A stretch of DNA of 64,000 nt from assembly GCF_009914755.1 (NCBI RefSeq), contig NC_060932.1; one strand, written 5' to 3'. Within the stretch, counting starts at the first letter, position 1. Each line of letters begins with the position of its first letter. The notes beneath the pieces are model-generated. The model was not told where the DNA came from. It saw only the letters and a list, made by a program, of their open reading frames with translations, and ran no database searches. The position numbers and the translations under genes were made by a program. This document shows, piece after piece, positions 27,543 to 41,392 of this stretch. Origin of the DNA: the human T2T-CHM13v2.0 reference genome, Homo sapiens.

Positions 27543-28589
27543 ATTTATTTTTTTAAGCTTGTATTTTTTTATTTTTGTGAGTACATAGTAGGTATATATA
27601 TTTACAGGGTACATGAGATGCTTTGATACAGGCATGCAATATGAAATAAGAACATCATGAAGAATGGGGTAGCCATCCCCTCAAGCATTCATCCTTTGAG
27701 TTACAAACAATCCAATTATACTCTCTAAGTTATTTTAAAATGTACAATTATTATTGACTATAGTCACCCTACTGTACTATCAAATAGTAGGTCTTATCCA
27801 TTCTTTCTATTTTTTTGTATCCATTAACAATCCTTACCTCCCCCCCGCCAACTCCCCACTACCCTTCTCAGCCTCTGGCAACTGTCCTTCTAATCTCTAT
27901 GTCCATGAGTTCAATTGTTTTGATTTTTAGATCTTACAAATAAATGAGAACACGTAACATTTGTTTTTCTGTGCCTGGCTCATTTCACTTTACATAATGA
28001 TCTCCAGTTCCATCCATGTTGTTGAGAATGACTGGCTCTCATTCATTTTTATGGCTCAATTGTACTCCATTGTGTATATGTACCACATTTTCTTTATCCA
28101 TTCATCTGTTGATGGACACTTAGGTTGCTTCCAAGTCTTAGCTATTATAAACAGTGCTGCAACAAACATAGGCATGAAGACAGCTCTTCAACATGCTAAT
28201 TTCCTTTCTTTTGGATATATACCCAGTAGTGGGATTGCTGGATCATATGGTAGCTCAATTTTTAGTTTTGGGGGAACCCTCAAACTGTTCTCCATAGTGG
28301 TTGTACTAGTTTGCATTCCCACCAACAGTGTATGAGAGTTCCCTTTTCTCCACATCCTCACCAGCATTTGTTATTGCCTGACTTTTGGATAAAAGCCACT
28401 TTAACTTGGGTGAGATGGTACCTCATTGTAGTTTTGATTTGAATTTCTCTCATGATCAGTGATGTTGAGCATCTTTTCATATGCCTGTTTGCCATGTGTA
28501 TGTCTTCTTTTGAGAAATGTCTATTCAAATATTTTGCCCACTTTTGATTAGATTATTAGATTTTTTTCCTATACAGTTGTTTGAACTCT
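27543..28589 (-). mobile_element. 5'-truncated L1MA1/L1MA2
   Basis: gtacatagtagg...tgatacaggcatgcaat...atcccctcaagcatt 3' UTR; TSD atat(c/t)cctcctttt at 27529-27542 and 28590-28603. Confidence 0.9.
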
Positions 28590-29234
28590 ATATTCCTCCT
28601 TTTAGAGAACTACAAGAGAATGAGAAACAATAAGTCCTTATTGTATCCTGGCATTTAATTAGATAAGTAACAATAACACACAATAACACTGCCACTTCCC
28701 TGTGACATCCTCTGAAACCATGAGGACCACATTGCCCTTGCATCTGCTGAAGACATTTTGTTGAGGGTGGGCAAAAGATAAAAGGGGGAAAGAAGTGGTA
28801 ACAAAGCTTTTATCAATAATCAGTTGCTTTTGACAAATAATATTAATGCCCAGATCTTTGTAGCTATACCTCTATTCCACTTCACTTCCACAGTTATTTA
28901 TGGTGGGCCACCTGCCAGAGGAACTGCAGAACCCCTGGGACAACAGGGACAACTGCTATGTCTTATTTGCAGCATAGGATCCAATGGTGTTCTGTCAGAA
29001 ACATCAGAATGTTGTCTGATTATCTGACACATTCAAGGCTGCTCAGGCTTTGTTCATTTGGGCTAAAATCTGGCATCAAGGATGATTTTCTTTTGATGGG
29101 ATTATAGTTAGTTGTGAATGTGTCTTGTTAATGAGATGTTTAGGATCAGGAACCATGTTCGATTAATTGTTATATTCCAAAATAAACATCTGTGGAACTG
29201 AAACTGGACTACTGCAATGATCTTCTAAATAGTC

Positions 29235-29600
29235 TTCAGTTATTAATGACCAAAAACTAACCTAGAAATTTTAGGTTCATAAAATTGGTAAGTCCAATAG
29301 TAGGATCAGCTTCAGGCATAGCTGAATACAGGAGTTCAAAGGCTGTCATCAGAATTTGATCTCTTGGCTTAGTTCTCTTTTCCTCTGTGTGTTGGGCAAG
29401 ATTCTCACCAAGTTCTATCTTTTTTACCACAGATTGACTCTACCTTTAGTTTCCTGTCCTCCCATATTCACGTACAGCCTGTTTTCTAGTGTCCCATGAA
29501 AATCTCTGAAATTTACTCTAATTGGATAAGTTGAGACTAATTTTCATCCCTGAATTACTCACTGTAGCCAGAGAGGAGCATGTTCACCATTGGAGCCATG
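29235..29600 (-). mobile_element. Old MaLR LTR (MLT1K/L-like)
   Basis: gcttcaggcatagctgaatacagg, ctctaattgg, catccctgaa...tcactgtagccag. Confidence 0.55.
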
Positions 29601-29609
29601 GCAATGCCC

Positions 29610-30030
29610 TACTCAGAGGTGTTTGATTATCTGTCAGCAATTTAACAACATTTTCCTTCTTTTATGCTCTCCCCTTATGGAAGGTTTGGAAGCCTGGGAG
29701 CTACATTGTCTGCAAGGTTCCAGGTTAGATTCTGCCAATGAGAGAACTAACCTGAGATTTGAAAGTCAGAGGAAATGCTGAAGCTATTGTTGCTCCTGGG
29801 GCAATAGCAGGCAGGTGGGTGAACTTTGGCAGAGGGCAGATGTAAGATTTCGATGGCAGCTTCCAGGCATCCTTCTGCCAATCATTAAATGTGGGGGCTG
29901 CAAGTAGCCAAGATCATTGCCAGATGTTCTGTGATTGCAGCATTTCTTGATTTCTTGTCTACTAGAGACAGTTTTCTTGACATCCACTCACCCTAGCCTT
30001 CCAATAGTTTCACAAACCTCTAATGCTTGT
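29610..30030 (+). mobile_element. Old ERVL LTR (LTR33/LTR41-like)
   Basis: ggaagcct...gctacatt...ttagattctgccaatgaga...gagatttgaaag...ccttccaata; subfamily uncertain. Confidence 0.5.
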
Positions 30031-30031
30031 C

Positions 30032-30033
<2 letters not shown>

Positions 30034-30080
<47 letters not shown>

Positions 30081-30689
30081 GTAGTAGTTTTGGGGGAACA
30101 GGTGGTGTTTGGTTACACGGATAAATTCTTTAGTGGTAATTTCTAAGGTTTTGGTGCACCCATCACCCGAGCAATGTACACTGTACCCCATATGTAGTCT
30201 TTTATCCCTCACCCTGCTTTCCACCCTTCCCCCCGAGTCCCCAAAGTACATTGTATCATTCTTCTGCCTTTGCATCCTCATAGCTTAGCTCCCATTTATA
30301 AGTGAGAACATACGATGTTTGGTTTTCCATTCCTGAGTTACTTTACTTAGAATAAAGGTCTCCAACTCAATCAAGGTTGCTTCAAATGCTATATTTTCAT
30401 TCCTTTTTATGGCTGAGTGGTATTCCATGGTGTGTATGCATGTATGTATATATACATATTTTTGCTGTTGCAAATTGTGCTGCTGTAAACATGTGTGTGC
30501 AAGTGCCTTTTTCATATAATGACTTCTTTTCTTCGGGGTAGACACCCAATAGTGGGATTGCTGGATCAAATTGTAGATCTACTATTATTTCTTTGAGGAA
30601 TCTCTATACTGTTTTTCCATAGTGGTTGTACTAGTTTACACTCCCACCAGCAGTGTAAAAGTGTTCCCTTTTCACCACATTCATGCCAA
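30034..30689 (-). mobile_element. 5'-truncated L1PB1 with (TTA)n tail microsatellite at 30034-30080
   Basis: ggggaacaggtggtgtttggttac...ttctttagtggt...gagtccccaaagt...gcatcctcatagcttagctccc. Confidence 0.9.
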
Positions 30690-31097
30690 GATGGAGTTGG
30701 TTAGATCATCAGATGTCTCTCACTGTCATAATTTTCTCTGTTATGATTTTTGCAAATGTGATTTCACCTGCATTTCCAAGGCATCTGTTTTCTTCCACTC
30801 TGTCTCTCCTTCCATATCTGTCATTCTGACATTTGATAATGCTTTCTTTAAATAAAAAATTTTCTGGAAAATTTATGGAAAAGCAGTTTGTTACTCTTTA
30901 ACAGACAACATATCTGAACTAAACATGGCCAGGTAAATTCACTGTTTTGATGCTTAACCAAAAACTTACATTCAATATAATCATGTCAGGTGCTTGGCAG
31001 AGTCTTATTTGGATTTAAAAATCCAAAATAAGTGTTAAGGATGGGTTAGCACTACATGATTAAGGTTTTCACTATCACTGTTGTGTTGTTATTAATG

Positions 31098-33784
<2,687 letters not shown>

Positions 33785-33874
33785 TGTTGCTGTTGTTATC
33801 ACTACCTCATGGCTTTAAAATGAATAACATTATTAGGTAAAGCTAATGTAATACGGTATTATTCCTAGACAGTT

Positions 33875-34240
33875 ATGTGACTACCAAAGTCCATTTGACA
33901 CCTATGCTTGGACTCATGACTTCTCCATGAAAAATACATTTCCTAGCCAGCTCATTGATCAATTAGAATGTGAGTGGAAGTAATGTGTTCAACATCCATA
34001 TCACTATATTAAAAAGGGATCCTTTGTCCTGGACTTATTTTCTTGGTCCTTCCTGTGAGCTGGAACACAGAAGTGCCTGCAATCCAGGGATTGCAGCACT
34101 GCTATTTGCCAACAAGGACAGCTCACTTTAGGCATTTATATAATTTTTACAAGAAAGGGAGGAAAGCCCTGCATTTTTTAAATCTACTTTAATTTAGATT
34201 CCTTTTTGTTACAAGAGATTAGGCATCTTAACTAATAATA
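33875..34240 (+). mobile_element. Old MaLR LTR (MLT1J-like)
   Basis: tacatttcctagcc, gaatgtgagtggaagt, ccttcctg...ctggaac, ttgttac...ctaataataca. Confidence 0.5.
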
Positions 34241-34316
34241 CACACTGACTTCAAACAATAAAGCAATGAATCACGTTCCCATAAACTAAAACCCAGTATA
34301 ATCTCATATTTTAAAA

Positions 34317-34600
34317 AGTCGAACCTCACTGTTCAGTTTCCACATTTGTGATTTTACCTATTTGCTAAAATTTATTTGTAACCCCGAAATCAGTACTCGT
34401 GGCTCTTTCACAGTCATTCCTGGATACGTACAGAGGCAGAGGAACAATCTGAGGTGCCAGACACGCATGTTCCCAGCTGAGGTCAAACAAGACAATGCTG
34501 CGTCTTCTTGTTTCAGCTCTCATACTGTAAGCAAGTGCTCTTTTCATGCTGTATTTAGTGCCACACTTCACATTTTTGTGCTTTTTTTTAATTGGTAAGT
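34317..34600 (+). mobile_element. MER82 (TcMar-Tigger), 5' part
   Basis: gctaaaatttatttgtaacccc, gttcccagctgaggtcaaacaag, ttcttgtttcagctctcatactgtaa. Confidence 0.8.
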
Positions 34601-35104
34601 CACTTGATTGTAGAATATTCTGTAGTTTTTTGTTGTTTTTTTAACTTCTGAAGTACAGTTATTTAGCATATGGATTTTTCTCAAATGACTTTCTGTCAGG
34701 ATGTTTAAGGATACAAATCCCATTGAGAGAAATAAAAATTCATTCCTGAAGATCAAACTGCAGTCTCCCAACAGCATTACCTGTTATGAATGGGTGGCTG
34801 GGAAAGTCTTAGAAGGTAAGTTCTTGGAGGACAAGAACCTACACGACAAGTATCAACCACACACAATTAATAGAGTGTGGGGATTTTTAAAAAATATTAG
34901 CTTATACTGTGACTTCAGCATGCTGCAACAATGTCTGCACAATGCCAAAAACATCCAGATGGAAGTGGAGAACTCAGCCGCTACCACATGCTTCATCTGC
35001 ACCGATGTCTTATGGAGACAGCCAGCACAGATCTCTGGGACCTGGAAGAGTTACCAGGCAAGAAGCCAGAGGGGAGAAATATCGCCAATATATGTTTAAA
35101 TTAA

Positions 35105-35305
35105 ATTAATTAACATTTATATAACTCTCTACACAGTATAAGTAACTTCTATCAAATATAGTGTCTCATTTAATCAGAACTACCACCCTATAAATTAGGT
35201 ATTATTATTTGCCCAATTTTACAGGTAAAATTTAAGGCTCCAAAAAATTTAGATCACACAACTCATAAAGAATGGAGCCAAGACTTGAACCCTGGTCTTC
35301 TTATG
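35105..35305 (-). mobile_element. MIR SINE
   Basis: tctcatttaatc...taggtattattatt...cccaattttacagg...ggagccaagacttgaaccc. Confidence 0.75.
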
Positions 35306-36697
35306 TAGTCAACAATGATTGAGAGCTTACCTGTGCCAAGAACTTCTGACTCCAATGAAACCATACCCTTGTACTGTAATTGATGTCCTCTATGTAGATG
35401 TGATGTGTTATCATAGAGAGGAAAGGCAAACATAAATGGTTCATATTTCATTATATATCCTGATTTTCATATATATACATGAATATATATGTTCACTTTT
35501 CTATCTCCCTACAAAGAACGTGAAAAAGCAAAAAAAAAAAAAAAAAAAGCAAAACAAAAAAATACCCAATAAAAATACCAGATATAGGTGGAGGGGTAAA
35601 TTGGATCTATTTAATATTCACTGGATTTTGTTCTGTACAGCCTTAATACTGCAAACATGAGCCCAGACAGGTTTTGCATACCTTCCTGGACTATCCACAC
35701 CTAACAAGGCATATGCTTCGGTGAAGACAGACAATAATAATCCAATATGTTTCTAAGATTCACAAGTTGACAACGTGGGGCAAGTTGCCAATTTTGCATT
35801 CCTGAAAATTATTCTAACTAATGGGCCTAGTTTAATGGTATTATGCTCCAGGATGACAGTTCTGGGTTTATTCTTGTTTCTAGAACCATCCAGATCAACA
35901 TAATTCTGTCTGCACATTTTTCATCAGTACATTTGTATTCACCTTGCAGGTGTTCACTTTGGCCATAAGCATCCACTAAAGTAACTTGGTTTAATGGGCA
36001 AAAAGACATGCATAGAAACACAACACTGACCTTGGGATTGTCATTTTCTACAGACTGAAAAGAAAGGAACAAAAGTTACCTTCAGAAAATACAGAAAAGT
36101 GGTATCAAATGAGACACATCACAGCCACGTGCAGCAAGTTTCTGAAGTTTCATGGCAACCAGGAGATAAAAATGAGTGGATGTATAAAGGACACAGCCAC
36201 TTACTCATGTGCTGAGGCAAATGGAACTTCCTGAAGCCTCATGGTTCAAAACCAAATCTCATATCCAGGGCAGGTTGATTTTTCTAGAACGTTAGTCACC
36301 TCTCCACAACCACTTATACTTTCACTTGCTATAAAATAATTTTTTATATCAACAGATATTCACATATGCCTATACTCAACCCCTGCCTGAATTTCCAAAA
36401 TTATTCCCCAAAAAAAAAAAAACAGTGTCAGTTGTTTCCAATCAGTCTGATTTGGGTGCCTAAACTGCAAGCTATATAACCCAATAAGAACATATAATTC
36501 ATGCCACACTTACAGAGGCATTATATTTTGAGTACCCAAAGTAACTTGAATTATACATATTAGAATTTCTAATCATGCATAATTTCATGTCATAAAATAG
36601 ACACCCTGTAACCTCAGAATTACATTTATCTACCAAAGATTTCCATGGTAAAAACTATCACCATCTATACATACTTTCGAGACACAATATTTTAAAT

Positions 36698-36939
36698 CAG
36701 GAGTCAACAGTATATAACTAATGGGCCAAATACAACCTGCAGCCTTAATTTAATATTCACTGGATTTTGTTCTGTATGGCCTTACAGAGGTAAGAATAAT
36801 TTTTATAGTTTTAAGTAATTGTTTTTTAAACAAAGAAAGAAACAAAAACAAAGAAGACTATGCATGAGAGGGCATATGTGGTCTGCAAAGCCTAAAATAT
36901 ATACTATCTGGCCCTTTAGATAAAAAGTTTGAAGACTTG
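36698..36939 (+). mobile_element. MER58C-like hAT-Charlie MITE
   Basis: caggagtcaac...gggccaaat; gcaaagcctaaaatatatactatctggcccttta...aaaaagtttg. Confidence 0.8.
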
Positions 36940-37984
36940 TTTTAAATGATGAGTTGCAAATACTTATTTTCATTTGTGGTATGTAATGACAGCATAACAT
37001 TATGATACCACACACCTGAGTTCAGTGATAGAGGCTTCTATTGCTTGCCATTGACAGTAGCTGCCTAAAGCACCATGGAGGGATCTGAGGCCACACTCAA
37101 ATGTGCAGGAAAGGATACTATTATCAAATAGTCACGATCCATGGATGTGGGAGGGTGAAATGGGGTTACAAGCCCTATGCGTTGCCCTCCTTGCCTTAGC
37201 TCCTACGGGGAGATTTTTTTAAGTGTAGCTATAATTATATATGCAATTAAATATGCAAGCATAAGAAACAAACATGTTAACAATGCAAGACTGCATGAAA
37301 AAAAAAGCCAGACCTAGCCTGGAATGTATCATGCCACATGTTCACTGGGTGACTAAAATTAGCTTGTAGAGTTGCACAAATAAAATACTTATACACTCAG
37401 AAAATTCAGGTTTTTCAATTGAACAATTTCTCCAAGTGTAAAGGTTGAGCTTAGGTGCTCTGGAATCCCAGAAACTTTGCCTTTGAGTGCTCCAATCAAT
37501 CATGTAGATCATTTTAGCAAATATTCATAAATAATAAAGGCATGTTATCATACCCAAGGATGGCCTAGCTGGCGGCTTCCTTATAGCAGATTACACATTT
37601 CATGTGCCAATTCTCTTCCCCTACCCATGAAGGAAGAGAAACAAATCTCCAAAAAGGAAGGCTCCTTCTTGAGTCTGCAGTTCCTAGGATGAGACCAGTA
37701 ACTCCATTCCTTCTAACTCTGACAAGGACATAAACCAGACACACAACATCCCCGTTATACTCCAGTCTCAAAAGCACAGCACGGTATATTTCTGTGGCAT
37801 TGCTTCAAAATGTATTACCTCATCAATTCATTTCTGAAAAAGTCAAAATAGTGGAGGCAGTCTATTTTGCCAACATTTTGAATCAAAGCTGTTTTGAGTT
37901 CTTCACGCACCAGAAAGCAGCGTTACTTAATGAGCTGCATCCTCTCCCAGTATTGGTGCAGTTTTGGGTTCAGAACTGAACACA

Positions 37985-38480
37985 ATATATTCATTCACTT
38001 GTTCACTTATTCAATAAATACTAATCAAGGGTGGACTGGCTGTCAGATGCTTTAGTTAGATACTCTTGAAGCACAGGAGGGATCAAAACACAGTCCCTGG
38101 CTGGGCTTAGTGGCTCATGCTTTAATTCCAGCATTTGGGAGGCTAAGGAGGGAGGATCATTTTAGCCCAGGAGCTCAAGACCAGCCTGGGCAACACAGTG
38201 AGACTCTGTCTCTACAAACAATGTAAAATTAGCAGTTTGAGGCTGCAGTGAGCCCTAATTGCACCACTGCACTCCAGCCTGGGCAAGATCAAGACTCTGT
38301 CTCTAGAGAAATAAAAAATGGAAAAAATAACAAATAAGCAAAACAGAGTCCCTGGACTCAAAATCTAAGAGAGGCAGATATAGATGCAAACAAACTAGGG
38401 CTGGGTGCTAGGTGCAGTGACAGGAAAAGCTGGAGGTGCAGCAAGAGTAACCAGAAGGGGCAGTTTATCAAGACATACGG
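37985..38480 (-). mobile_element. L2 3' end, interrupted by AluJ
   Basis: attcattcac...attcaataaata...acagtccctg...aatcta. Confidence 0.55.
38099..38339 (+). mobile_element. AluJ with internal deletion in right arm
   Basis: aaaattagc joins directly to agtttgaggctgcagtgagc; TSD aaaaca(c/g)agtccct at 38085-38098 and 38340-38353. Confidence 0.88.
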
Positions 38481-39669
38481 AGACAGAATCAGGACAGGCT
38501 TTCTGGACAGGTCAAAGCCCATGATGACCCATAATGACAGAAGTTGGACACTATGGCTTGACTTGCACCGGCACCTGTGTACTCAGGACAAAAAGATGGA
38601 TAGGTAACTCTGGATCTCCAGAGGTCAGTAGAGACCTCAAGGGGGGACCAATGCACACAAAGCGGCTCCAGGTAGGACCACAGGCAGCTGTGGGACTGCA
38701 AGGACTGAGCCACACCTCGTTAGTCAGTGCTGATCAACCTCATGGTTCACTTGTATATTCTTTACTCAAGAGACCTATTTTTTTTTTAAGTCCAAGACAT
38801 AAAAACTATAACATAACAAAAAGACTTATAACAATACTATCCCAAGTTCTGGGGAGGAGGGGTCCTTTTTTCGGTGTATTCCATGGGTTCCCTCCTAGCA
38901 GGCAGAGCGAGGGAGACTTCCTGCTTCTCTCCACAAAACAGCAGCAGCAATGACAACCCAACGACGAGTCCAGCCCTCAGAGTTGGGCCCTCATAGTGCC
39001 AGGTGACAGGGACAGGGAAACCATGGGAAACAGCTGGGGATCCTGATTTAAATCTCCCCATTTCAGCTTCGATCCCTAAATAATTGTTTTTTCCACCTTG
39101 TTATTTTACCCGTCCTAGTCATTGGCCACAAGAGAAAGAATGAGGCTCCCAGGAGGTGCGTAGGTTCTTGATGCACCCCTGCACCCCAGAATATCCGTTA
39201 GACCTTCTTAACCTGCAAAGCTGGCTCATTGCTATTGTCAGGTCAGGAGGTACAAAGCGGGACACAGGAAGCAGAACCTCCAGGCTACAGTGAAGATGAA
39301 AAAGGAGGACGGGGGAGGAGAGGAGGAGAGGAGGTCACCTACAGTGTCCTGTTTGAGAGGCTGGAGCCCACGGCTGAGTGTTATTTTAGAATTTGGTATG
39401 TTTTGCCAGCACAGCATTGCCTGCCCGCCGTCACCCCCTACCAGGGGGGAATTAGGCTAATTATGTCTCCAGGCAGGTATTCCCCTAGTTAAGGGAACAC
39501 AGAAATAAGTAGGAAAGTTGGTATAGATGGGAAACTGTGAGCCACAAAAGGACAGCACCTCGAAGGCCTGTGCTCCCCAGAGCCTTTGCGTCCACATTTC
39601 AGAATGAACCATGAGAAGCAGGACAGAGAGGACTCTAAATGGGGTCAGTGAGGAGGCTCACACAGTACA

Positions 39670-39850
39670 GGTGTCAGAGCTGGAAAGAACCTTGGTCAGC
39701 TCATCTAGTCCCAATCTCCTTTATTTACACATGAGGAAACTGAGGACTCAAGACATGACAAGGCTTGCCTAACATCTCCCAGTGGGAGAAGAACGGTATA
39801 TACCCTATTGCCAAACTTTCTGCCCAAAGCTCTTTTTACAACACCATCAT
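39670..39850 (-). mobile_element. MIR SINE
   Basis: agagctggaaagaacctt...catctagtcc...atgaggaaactgagg. Confidence 0.75.
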
Positions 39851-39870
39851 GCTCCAATTGCTCGCCACCC

Positions 39871-40254
39871 TGAATTTGATTGCTAGGGCTGCCATAATGA
39901 AGTGCCTCATACTGGGTGGCTTAAACAACAAGAATTTATTTCCTCACAGTTCTGGAGGCTGGAAGTCCATGATGGAGGTGCCAGCAGGGTTGGTTTCTCC
40001 TGAGGCCTCTCCCCTTGGCTTGCAGATGGCCGCTGTCCCCCTATCTTTACATGTTCTTCCCTCTGTGCGTGTCTAGGACTACATTTCCCATTGTTATTAA
40101 AGTCACCCACCATATTGGATTAGGGTCTGCCTACTAAATTCATTTTAACCAAATCACCTCTTTTAAGGCCCTATCTCCAAACCTGGGCCCATTCTGAAGT
40201 ACTGGGGGTTAGGACTTCACCATGTGAAGGAGGGGGAAATTCAGCCCCTATTAC
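39871..40254 (-). mobile_element. MLT1A0-like MaLR solo LTR
   Basis: ctagggctgccataa...ggcttaaacaac...cagttctggaggctggaagtcc...ggcttgcagatggcc...ggttaggacttca. Confidence 0.85.
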
Positions 40255-41204
40255 CCCTACAGCCTTTCCTCAGTTCCTTTTCCGTAACTTACTTTACTGG
40301 TGCCACACAACCCTGTCGCTCTGATGAAAGTCAATTAGACAGGGACCACTGAGCATCCGGAGTTTGATCTCCTGCAAGCCCAGATGCCCATAAAGCTGTT
40401 GGTTGTGACGTCCCCACCCAGTAGGGGCAATAAGCTGGACCAATCCAGGCTCTTTCTTGGGCAGTTTGAATGGAGACATGCAGAGAACTCTAAGTAGGAT
40501 CTCAATGAAGCAGAAGCAAAAGAAGAGCCAAGGCCACAGAACGGCAAGCACAGGAGCCGACCCACAGCCCTGCTGCCACTGAAGACAGAGAAAGCCTGGA
40601 CACCAGACCCGGCTGGACTGCAGATGAGAGTCCAGCGACCAAACTGCTCAGCCTTGGTAAGGCCTGCATACAGCGGGGCCTTGCTTCTGAGGCTGCCAGT
40701 GTATGATCTTCCTTATCTCCAGTAGCATCCTGATGTTAAAAACCCAACTGACAAATCAATGAAACCAATACTTGGGGGAACAATGGTAAACCAAATGTTC
40801 TGACTCTAGATCACCCTTTAATTTTCTGTCTGGGAAATGCGTGTTTCCTGGGACAAAGAAAAAACTCAGGCATAGGCTTTCTCTTTTCTCTGAGACTGTG
40901 AAAGTTCCAAGGGGTTGAAACAGAGCTGAAATCACCCTGCTTCTCCCTGAAACAAGGATAAATAAGAAGCAAGAGACCAGAGAAGCAAAGTCTAAAATGC
41001 CCACATCATTGTGGGCTGCTTTCTTTCTAGTTGAATTCTGAATTGTATACAAAATAAGCCTGAGTTTAAATGCACTGGAAAGAAGGAAGAACGGTGATTC
41101 CTTCAGCAAACGTTCCGTGAATGCCCTCCCTACCTGTACTCCTCACTTATCTTTTGAGAACATTTCACAACAGAGGAGTTTCAAGAGTCTCACATCATTT
41201 ATAG

Positions 41205-41392
41205 ATTAAGGCATCAACCAATTGGATGATGCTCACCTGCCAGGCACTGGGCAGATCTTCCCTACTCAGTTCACTGATTCGAATGCTAATCTCTTCCAGA
41301 AAACACCCTCACAGGCACACCCAGAAATGGTGTAGCAGCTACCTGGGCATCTCTTAGCCCAGTCAATTATACACATAAAAATAGCCATCACA
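41205..41392 (-). mobile_element. MLT2 (C/D-like) ERVL LTR fragment
   Basis: aatgctaatctcttccagaaaacaccctcacaggcacacccagaaat...ccatcaca. Confidence 0.8.

Noticed and set aside
27961-28335. 124-aa hydrophobic ORF resembling a membrane protein
   Set aside because: Antisense reading of the L1MA 3' region
29988-30281. ORF with a poly-Asn run
   Set aside because: Translation of the L1PB1 3' UTR and its (TAA)n tail
34701-35099. 132-aa ORF in unique sequence
   Set aside because: No recognisable domain or supporting gene structure; length compatible with chance in 64 kb
38534-38953. Longest ORF (139 aa)
   Set aside because: No recognisable homology or promoter/splice support
40415-40432. CTCF-like motif (also near 52263)
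   Set aside because: Core positions mismatch the CCASYAGRKGGC consensus
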